Assembly: GCA_013239625.1 (NCBI GenBank)
Contig: MU055549.1
Coordinates: forward strand, 496,001 to 560,000
Length of the DNA: 64,000 nucleotides
Direction: 5' to 3'
DNA from: Lama guanicoe
Lineage: Eukaryota
In this document: piece by piece, positions 10,901-19,938 of the stretch
How positions within the stretch are numbered: position 1 is the stretch's first letter
How the letters are laid out: the number at the start of each line of letters is the position of its first letter
Program-made: the position numbers and the translations under genes
The notes under the pieces: generated by a model
Databases searched by the model: none
Seen by the model: the letters and a program-made list of their open reading frames with translations, nothing else
What the model was told of the DNA's origin: nothing

Positions 10901-13900
10901 CGAGAAGGAGGGAGGGGAGAGGTCCACTCCGGGGTCGCTCATCCGGTCAGACAAGCTCGCGTGGCCTCTTGCAGGCCGAGGTGCGGACCATCTGCGGGCG
11001 TCCCTCCCGCGCAGCGAGGCGTCCGTGCTGGGTCTGCGGGCGGCCGGGGCGGGCAGGGCTGTCCTTCCTCCCAGTCTCGTCCCAACCAGACTGACCTCGG
11101 GGGAGCCTGCAGTCCCTTGTGTGCTGTTTAATGTGGTTCCAACCTCTCGATCTGTCAACCTTCCGGGACAGTGTCCCGGGGGGAGCAGATGCAAAAGGTA
11201 AGTAATTTACTCATTTGGAGCACAAGTTACCCTAACTGGACATTTCCGTGGCTTGTTGCTGTCTTCTGAGGATGTGTGGGCCGGCTGAAGTCTGAAGAAC
11301 TTTGGAGAAAAATACATTGAGAAATATCACGGGGGTTTCCTTCCAGACGGGAGGTCACTTGCTTAAAACTGTCAACACAGACAGAGAGGAGCCATCGGGT
11401 GGGCGATAAACTCTGCGAGAGGAAGGTAGGTTTTAGAGGTTTATAGAAATTGAAATATTGGACTGAATAAAGAGCAACAAACCGGAGGAACTCCCTGAGC
11501 CTCTGAACTGGTGTCGCGGGCGGATGCGGGCGGTGGGAGCAGCAGGTTTGGCTGGGGTCCCGCTGGCTCAGACAGAGCCCCGACGCCCTGCGGGCTCCCT
11601 CCCTCCCAGACCACCCACAGCCCCGGCCTCCAGTCTCTGCCCTGCAACCTCCCTGGTCTCTCCGGGGTTTCAACTCCACTCTTGCCTTTTGAACGTGGGT
11701 GCTTCCGTGCAGAGCAGCGGCGTCCTGAGCGTGCATGTCTGTCTTTGGGGCAGGCCTGGCCTCGCGCCCTGTCCTGGTTCCGGGCCCTGCAGGACCTGGC
11801 GAAGGATGCCCTGACACACCGAGGTCAGGCCATGCCTCCTGGGCCTGGGCCACACGGAGCAAAGCCACCAGCGAGGCCATGGTGCCACTGAGGCCCCAGC
11901 ATGAGTGAGCGGGTGGGCTCACCCTCTTTCCCGAGACAGGTGTGGCAGCACCACCGACTCAGGGAAACAGCACACGGGTTTGGACGGGTTTCCCTCCGAC
12001 TCCAGAGCCTGCCACTTTGTTCCCTTGAAGAGCACTGTGCCCTGAGCTGACAGTGAGGATCACAGAAGACTATGGGGCGCAAAGCCGCTTGCATTTTGGA
12101 ACCTGCTTGAACTTGACAGCTGGCAGCACCATCGCGGGAACAGCCGTGCAGGTCAGCCCCTGACAGCAGCTGTGGTCAGTGCTGGGCGGGTGGGCGGGGG
12201 TGTGAGGCCTGGGATCTAAGGGGTGTGAGGCCTGGGCTCTGCCTGCTGGAGATGGGGCTGCAGCCCCCCAGCCCCCCGGGGCGGCGCCGGGAACTCACCA
12301 TCCTGCGGGCGCCGAGGGCACGCAGGCGGCGTGTTCAGAAGGTGCGTGGGGCACCAGCAGTCCCACAGGAAATCGCCCAGAGAGCAGCGTGGTTTCAGCT
12401 TTGGTCGTACCTGCTGGCGACCACGGCGTCTTTACAACTGGGGGCCGGAGGCGCCTTGTCCGACCACAGGGGTTGGGGCAGCTCACCACCAGGGCCAAGC
12501 GGGTGGTGGGAGTGTGGCAAGGCCAGAGCCAGCCCTGCTGGTTCTCCTCCCCTCGTGCCCCAGGGCCACGGGCAGCCGCCCAGGTGTCTACACCTCAGAC
12601 TCTCAGACGCGCTCAGGAAAGTGCTTGCAGCCGAGCTGCAGCCCACATGCCAGGCTGGGCATTCTCTGTCCTTCCGGAAAGCCTCTCCAGCGTAAGTGTT
12701 ACTTGTCAGGAATAAAAGCTCAGCGCACAGCTGAGATTCCAAACTCTCCGGGCGAGGGTAGCCCAGCTGATTCCCGCAGTCTTGACGGGCCTGCGTGGAG
12801 TGGGCTGGGGGCCGGGGTGGGGAGAGGGTGGGACGGACTCGAGGAGGAGGGCCCCCAACCGGGGCCGCCCGGCGGTTCTCATGGGAGGGCCAAAGGGTCA
12901 GACAGGAGGTGGAGACGGGGCTGATGCTGGGGAGGACAGCGCACATGCGCAGGGCCCGAGGGGCCGTGCTGGCCCCCTGCCCTGACCTCTGGCTCACCCT
13001 TCATCTGCCAGTGACAAGGACCCATTTTGCAAACGAGGATCCAAATGTGAGGATACAGAACCTCGGACACGGCTGCCCCAGAGGCCTGGACGTGCTGGGG
13101 GCAACAGGTGGCTGGCTCGGGTCACCGAGCTGGAGGTGCAGCTGGGCTGTGCCTGGAACGTGACCCTCAGGCCTCTGAGAGGCTGGCGCCGGCCCCCAGC
13201 CTGCGGGCCGGGGGGCAGCTCTGCGGGCAGCGCTGACCTCTGGCTAAAAGCTTCTCCCTTGTTTTGACATTTCAAATTGAACAAGAAGATGCACCGGTGA
13301 CTCAGAACCCCTCCTTGTGGGGAGTCGCATCTGCCCCAGCGACTCGCCGTCGTTGTCCGAGCCTCGGCCACCTTGGCCTCCCTGTCCTCCGGCCATCGGC
13401 ATTCCCCGCACGCGCTGGCCGCTGTCCCTCACACACACACGCATACACACAATGCATTATTTACAGGCGTCAGCCTTTCCGGAATCCAAGCGGGGGGGCA
13501 GCACAGGAAGTGCCCCTGCCTTCAGGACGAGCCCCCCCCGCTGCTCATGGTGGCCGCACCCCCTTCTCTGGAGAGAGACCCGACCTCCAAGCTCGGCGTC
13601 CCTGCAGCGGAAGCCCACCCACATCCCCTGCCATCAGTTCAGCCAACTTTTTGGGGGAAGGGGCCGGCAGGGCTGCGGTGGGCAGCCGCGTGTGGAGCCT
13701 AGGGGCCGGAGTGGGAGGCGCCCAGCCCGGGGCCGGAGGAAGCTTTCACAGGTCACAGCCTGGGGTGGGGGCAGGACGCCGTCTCCCGTGAAGCCAGTGA
13801 GTCAACGCTGCAGCCTGCCGGCACCTCATTAGTATGGTCTGTGAGCAGCCAGCAGAAGGTCCACTGGGCGAGGGCAGCCTGGAGCCCCAGCCCCTGCCCG

Positions 13901-13972
13901 CAGCCTGGCACGGGGCAGTTCCTGCTCCTGCCCGGGGCCCGTGCGGGGGTGGGCGGCCCCGCACGTACTCAC

Positions 13973-13975
13973 CAT
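13973..13975 (-). CDS. ADGRA1: ADGRA1 start codon (last 3 nt of exon 2)
   Basis: CTC ATG|gtgagt spliced to the 7190 acceptor gives M-DL..., matching the known MDL N-terminus of mammalian ADGRA1. Confidence 0.9.
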
Positions 13976-14165
13976 GAGCACAGAGAAGTCACTGAGGTGT
14001 GAGCAGGGGGTGGAGGTGGCGCCGCCCGCCCGGCCGATTATGTTGCACCCTTCTCCCCTCCAGCTTCCATGGCCGTCTGGAAGGTCAAGGTCCCGAACAG
14101 CGGCCACGGGGACGAGCCCCTGGCGACCGCGGTGGGGCGGGCAAGGGTGGAGAGGCCTCCCCCAT
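13976..14165 (-). pseudogene. ADGRA1: ADGRA1 exon 2 5'UTR portion, a vestigial GAIN/GPS-coding exon
   Basis: Acceptor cctgaccctgccctgtcttcgcag|AT. In frame with the ATG it reads GLVPVAAVRDLDLPDGHGSWRGEGCNIIGRAGGATSTPCSHLSDFSVLM, collinear with the GPS region of ADGRA2/ADGRA3 as recalled. Confidence 0.88.
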
Positions 14166-14830
14166 CTGCGAAGACAGGGCAGGGTCAGGTGGGGGGTCCC
14201 CCTCCGCAGGGGACCCCCAGCATGGCCGGCAGCACCTCCCAAAGTTGGCCCCCACCTTGGCTCCTCTCCACCAGCCAGCCTGTTGGAGTGTCTGTCTCGG
14301 GCCCGTCTGGGCAGGAGAGGTTCCGGGCCAACCTGGGCCTCAGGGCCTCGGAGGGACCTGGCCCACAGCCACACGCTGCGCGGGGACCCTTCCTTCCCCG
14401 TGTTTGAAACCCCACCTCTGCTCACCATCCCAGCACAAGACACTCAACCCAGTCTTGGGCTGCAAGAAACACGCACGGCCTGCCTGTCAGTTTAAATCAA
14501 GGGAGTCAACAGAGCTTGAATTAATCTCCCAGGGAACAGCCAGCCCGGGCGGACGGAAGCCTCTGCTGCCTGGACGTGGCTGGACCTCAGGGGCTGTGTC
14601 CCCCCACAGACTGAGTCCTTTGGCGGCTCCGGGCCATCAGTGGAACCCAAAGTTATCCAGAATCTGCACTCGGAACAGCAGGAATCGCCTCCCTGGCTTG
14701 GCGCCCAGGAAGCGGCCAGGGAGTGGACACCACGGCCAGTGGGCTCCGAGCTTGCCTCCCCGGGCCCTGTCGCTGCCTCACTGGGGCCCACCTGCCACAA
14801 ACCCCGGAGACGCACAGCCCAACTTCTCAC

Positions 14831-15050
14831 CTATTTTGGTGAAAACAGCTGGAGTGGCCACGGTCCTGTGCCTCCCGTTGGCGGCGAGCCGCGGTGAGTT
14901 CTCGGGTCTGGGGAGCAGTTTTCCATCCCAGAGGCAGCGCTCTGGAGCCTGCAAGTGGAGTTATCAACAGATTGCAGGACCGCAGCCCAGCGCCGGCCGG
15001 GGCTCTGCACCCCGGAGGATGAGTCAGAGCCAGGAGCAGCCGACATTCAG
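14831..15050 (-). pseudogene. ADGRA1: ADGRA1 exon 1 (5'UTR; 5' end uncertain), a vestigial GAIN exon with a frameshift
   Basis: Donor ATAG|gtgaga at 14831/14830. Reads VLQSVDNSTCRLQSAA /frameshift/ WDGKLLPRPENSPRLAANGRHRTVATPAVFTKI-G, like the recalled ADGRA3 segment DDSLYKLQLIAFRNGKLFPATGNSTNLADDGKRRTVVTPVILTKID. Confidence 0.82.
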
Positions 15051-15310
15051 TGCAATTCTCAGCAGGCAGCTTCCCGAACTCTGCGTGAGGACTGCCAGCG
15101 GCCGCTGCGCCTGCTCCCGCGGGCGGCGACGGTCAGGGACGAGGGATGGTCGGAAGCAGGAGCCGTAACCATGGGGATGGGGGAGGCGCTGATGGCGCGG
15201 CGCGGTGGCCGGCTCCCTGCGGCAGGGCCGGAATGGTTCGTCCCAGCCAGCCCGCTGCCAGCCTGCCGCCCGTCACAATGCAGAGACGATTTAAAGAGAC
15301 AACCGAAGGT
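15050..15310 (-). promoter_or_regulatory. CpG-dense putative ADGRA1 promoter/TSS region
   Basis: Dense CpG cluster directly upstream of exon 1, with an X-box-like GTAACCATGGGGAT (15165-15178) and a TTTAAA box near 15290. The TSS cannot be placed from sequence alone. Confidence 0.55.
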
Positions 15311-18300
15311 TTTGCCTTTGCTTCCAGCAGAGTCGGGCACCTCACATTAAAGCACGTCCCCGAGAGGACGCAGGAGGAGGCCTGGTGTTTTTGTTTCACT
15401 CTCAGAGGAAATCCCGTCCATCTAGGGCTCCGACAACAGACACACGAACAAGGAAATTGATTCTGGAGACGTTTTCACAGTCCTCGTATTAAAATGTTCT
15501 CAAATCCAAATACGGCCACACCGAGGTGAACACACGGGTCGGTGCCAGCGTGAGTCAGCAGGGTCCTCCTGCCAGTGTGGACGGCCTCAGCCATGCAGAA
15601 AGAGCCCCCGCAGACCCCTGCCCGGTTCAGGGTCCCAGCCCCCAGCCTGGGTGGCAGAGACCAGTGACAGGGCGTCAAGAAGAGGCAGCAGGTGGAGGGA
15701 AGGGCCCACAGTGGGGGGGGGGAGGGGGCCAAGGCCCAGCCAGCGGGACCTCTTGGTGGGGCATTCCCAGCCCTCCTGTCCCTCATCCCACCCAGTATTC
15801 CTGACGCTCCATGTCCCTGACCCTCCTGACTTTCCCGTTGCCCTTCTGTGGGCTGCTGTGATGGGTCCTGAACTTCTGACGAGGGACACGAAACCCCAAG
15901 GGGTGAAGTGACTTTCCAGTTGCCCAGAGACTGGGCATCAAGGCTGGGTGGAGACCCTCCCGCCCCAAGCCCGGCCCCGGAGTCCTGGCACTGCTCCCTC
16001 AGGGGCTGGAGGGCTCATGGAGCTCCCTGGGGACCCAGTGGGTGGTCCTGGGCAAGTGGGGTTTGGGGCAGTTGGGAAGGCCCACCCTGACCTGGGGGGC
16101 ATTCTGCTCAGACTCCCCCAGGCTGGGTGGTCCCCACGGACCCGTGCCCACCTACAGGTCCCTTCGCAGACTCCAGGGCAGGGGCACAGGTGAGCACAGG
16201 GCAGCCCCTTGCTGCCGGCAGGGGCTCCCAGCCCGGAGATGACAGAAAGACGGGCGTGAGCTGCCTGGCACGGGGCCCTGTACCGCAGCAGCAGCAGGGC
16301 ACGGAGGAGAGGCCGTGCCGGGGGCTGTCCCTCTGCCCTGTGCACAGTCTCCTGTCTGACCCTGCGCCCTCTCCCCTAGAGGCTGTGACCTGCCCTGGCC
16401 TCAGAGCAGGTGGGGGCCGGGACCAGTGGTGGCTTCTGGGAGAACTTGCAGGAGGTGTGTGCGGGTGCAGAGAGACAGGGAGGGGTGGCCTGGAGGAGCA
16501 CCCCCCGCCCAGGCCCCAGTGCTGCCCTGTGGGCCCGGGGCTGCGGCCCACAGGCCCCAAAGGCTCACCAAGACCAGACTCACCAGGGGTCCAGGGGGAT
16601 GCATGGGGGGCCTTGAGGGTTTTGGGGCCCTGGGGTCTGAGTGGGGTACACAGAGGGCCTGTGTGCTTCGGGGGTCCCCCAGAGGGGACTTCAGGCAGAC
16701 AGGCCTGTCTGACTACCACCATCCTGACCTTGCATTTGGGGGCCTGGACCTGGGGGCAGCTGGCCCCCTGGATCCCAGTGTTAGTTTGGGTAGGGGGGCG
16801 TCTCTCGGGAAGGGAAACTGGGCCTCGGGCTTTGTGAGTGGTCGGGGTGCCCAGCCCTCCTCACAGCTGCCCCGCCAGCCCCTCCTTGGGCTTGGACGAC
16901 CCGCCCCCAGGCCTCTGAGCTGCCTGCGGAGGGGATGTGGGCCCAGCGGTCCTCACGCTGCCCCACAGTGTCGAGCTCTGTACTCAGCACAGGGCTGCGC
17001 CTGCGAGGTGGGGAGACTGAGGCCGCAGCTGTCAGCTGCTTCACCGGCCCCCGTGTTAGCGGCAGAGCCAGGCTGGGGAGAGCGGCCACCGAGGCCGCCC
17101 TGGGCCTTCAGAGGCTGGCGCTGCTGGGAGCCTCAGGCCTTCTGCCTCCTGCGGTGACAGCCGCAGCTCAGAGGGCCCACAGGGACCCCTGTGGACCGGG
17201 TTGCGTCCTGGGTGTCGTGGACACTGCACCCTCCCTTTGTTGCTGGGCCTCAGGTGGCTGTGGCCAGGTGTGCCCCTGGCTGCCTTCTGCCTCGAGCCCC
17301 GTGTGGAAATAGCATCGTGGGCCCCGAGCTGTCGTCCATCAGCAAATGGAGCCTCTGCTTTCTGGAATCTGCAGCTGACCACGGGAGACAGCTTCAGTGC
17401 ACCTCTCGCCCTTTACAATCTACTGGCACACTGAAGACTCACCTTCTGAACAAGGTATTCGTGAAGCACAGGCCTCCCACTGGCACCGAGAACTCACTCC
17501 TGAAACGTGTTTGGCTTGACTTATTTCACAGCCGTAAGACAAGTGTCTAGCAGACTGCGGCTCCCGGTCCCTCGCTGCGCTGAGTCTCCACCTACCTCCT
17601 GAAGAGGCTAGTTTCTGGCACATGCAGAGCTCAGGACTCGCGGCCACAGAGGTCTTCCCAGCGCAGGCGGGGCTTGGCCATCAGGGCAGCAGCCCTGACC
17701 TCCTCTCTGCAGCCCCCAGCACTTTATGCGGCTTCCCTCTGATGGAAAGTCACTTCTGAGGCAGAGGTGACCGGCAGCTTCTGCTGGGGTGTTGGGGGTT
17801 GTGTGTGGCCGGGACAGCCGCTCAGGGGCAGCCTGGGGCTTGCAGCATGGGCCCACCTTGTCCCAACAGGAACCTCGGGCAGAGAGCCAGCTGCTGCCCC
17901 ACCCAGGCTGGAGGCTGGAGGTCCTGGTCCCCAGGCCCAGGACACGTGTGTGGAGACGAGCCAGTTTCTCTCTGCGCCTTTAGACCTCGGGAACCTGCAG
18001 GCTGCTCGTGTGAAGACTGGAATGGCCAGGGGACGATGCTGGGATCAAGGGTCGGATGGTGGATGGGGGGTCAGCTCAGGGAGATGCGGGCACTCCTTCC
18101 TTTCCCTGGACGCATGTCTGGCCCCACCTCCCCGTGCAGGAGCTCACTGAAGACGCAGCAGTGGCGGTGGGAACAGCCTCCGGCGGGCTGCTGGGTCTCA
18201 AGCTGGACTCGCCCCCTCTATGGACACTTTAGGGATCCTCGGGGCAGCTCACTTTCCGGCCGTTTCCTGGGGAGTCTGACAGCCTGAGGTGGGAGCTGTC

Positions 18301-18426
18301 TGTGCCGGATGGAGGTGGCGCCTCCAGGCTGTGTGCAGCTCGGCCCGAGAGGCTGGACACCCAGTACCCGACCCATCGTGTACTTAGCATCCGCGGCTCA
18401 TGGAGCAGAATTAAAGCTGCTCTCCT

Positions 18427-18440
18427 GTTGCCGTGGCAAC
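18427..18440. promoter_or_regulatory. RFX X-box GTTGCCGTGGCAAC
   Basis: Near-perfect palindromic X-box about 3 kb upstream of exon 1, in a relatively AT-rich patch. Confidence 0.55.
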
Positions 18441-19917
18441 CAGCCCTCCCCCCACAGCAGCATCAGTCTGAATTTGTGCAGAATGTTTCTAACAAAGATT
18501 TACACCAACAATTCACTCTGCCCTGAGGGTGGCACAGAGTCTGAGAACCAGACAGGCCGATGAACAAACTTATCATTTTCTCAATGGTGCCTTTCCTCCG
18601 TGAAGGCTCTCGGAGCCCCCAGGCTACCCCCGGTGCAACTGCCCACTGACCACTGTGACCAACGGGCAGCCTCAGGTTCTTGAGGGCCCCTCACTAACAA
18701 TGGGGTGCCTCCTCTGAGAAACATCTCAGCTGGGGGTCGGGGCACAGGGCCCTCTCTTGGCCGAGCCTGAGCAGGCCCTCCTTGGGTTCCGCAAGTTGCG
18801 GGGTCGGGCTGGGTATGGCATGGGGTGGCTCCCAGGCAGGTGAGCATGGTGCCCCGTCCCTCATCTCTCAGAGCCCCGTGCCTCCCCTGCCTCCAGGAGC
18901 TCTCAGTCCTGGACCCCTGACGTCCTGGGTGAGCCCATCAGTGGGACGCCTTGGTGACCCCGGCTCTCTGCAGTACATGAGGGGTGTGGGGTGTGGGAGC
19001 AAACACTGAGAACGCGGCCCACCGCCATTCTCTAAAGGACCAATGTCCCGTGGTGTGCCCCACAGGCAGGGCCTGCCCTTGGCACCCAGCGCGGGTGTCG
19101 CCGAGTGGAGACTCGCAGCCTCAGCCCTGGCCAGTCGGAGGATGTGTCTGAGCTTCCCTCGGAGACCAGTGACCCTGAGCTGTAAACCAGCTTCTGCCCA
19201 CTGTCACCTCTGAGGGCCCTGGGCTGCACACCCTCACGGGCAGACCTGCACACGCATGACCACCTGGTGGGGTCCCACTGACCAAGGGCCTCCTGTGGCA
19301 CCGGGTGGGGAGGACGTGCCAGCCACGGGCTCGGGCTCCGACGCGTCCCACACTCTGCCGTGGGAGCCCTCATGTGCAGCGGAGGCTTAACAGGGGCTGA
19401 TCACGTGTGCTGGTCATGCCCCACCCAGGCGTCCACTGAGAGGGACGGTGGAGCCACAGCCCTGACGCTGGCTCTGAGGGGACCAGGGGACCACAGGGAG
19501 TTCCCTCACTTCCAGGACACATCCTCTTCTGGACTCAGAGTTAATCTGGGGACGTCTGTGGACGTGTCACTGGCGTCTCCTGCTTCCACTGTCCTTCGTC
19601 AAAGCACCTCTTCCTGTCCACCTGGAGTCAGGAAAGAAGCAGGGACTTCCAGTGGTCAGGTGGTTTCAGACTTGAGGGAAGTCCAGTTTGCAGACCGGAA
19701 TCATTATGCAAAGTTGCTGTTTCATGGAAACATCCAGCCTCCTGGGACTGGAGCCGGCGTCTTGGGGGTCCCGCCAGGAGTGCAGGGTCTTGGGGAAATC
19801 CCTTCTGTGAGGGCCTTTGTCTGCTGTCCCTGCTCTGTCCGTGCGGGGACGCCACCCCCTGCTGCCTCCACCCCCGGGGCAGTGGACGCAGCGGGAAGAG
19901 GAGACAACCAGCTGGCC

Positions 19918-19938
19918 TGAGCTGTCCTTGGTGCTGCC
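19918..19938 (-). promoter_or_regulatory. Candidate REST/NRSF RE1 site (GGCAGCACCAAGGACAGCTCA)
   Basis: Both RE1 half-sites (CAGCACC and GGACAG) are present with the canonical 2-bp spacer, about 4.7 kb upstream of a neuronal gene. Confidence 0.55.

Noticed and set aside
18400-18600. Possible further ectodomain relic (minus strand IEKMISLF / NILHKFRLMLLW)
   Set aside because: Similarity to the GAIN N-terminal part is too weak by eye and has no splice signals. I could not identify LRR/Ig/HormR relics anywhere in 15300-64000; a frameshift-aware protein-to-genome search is needed.
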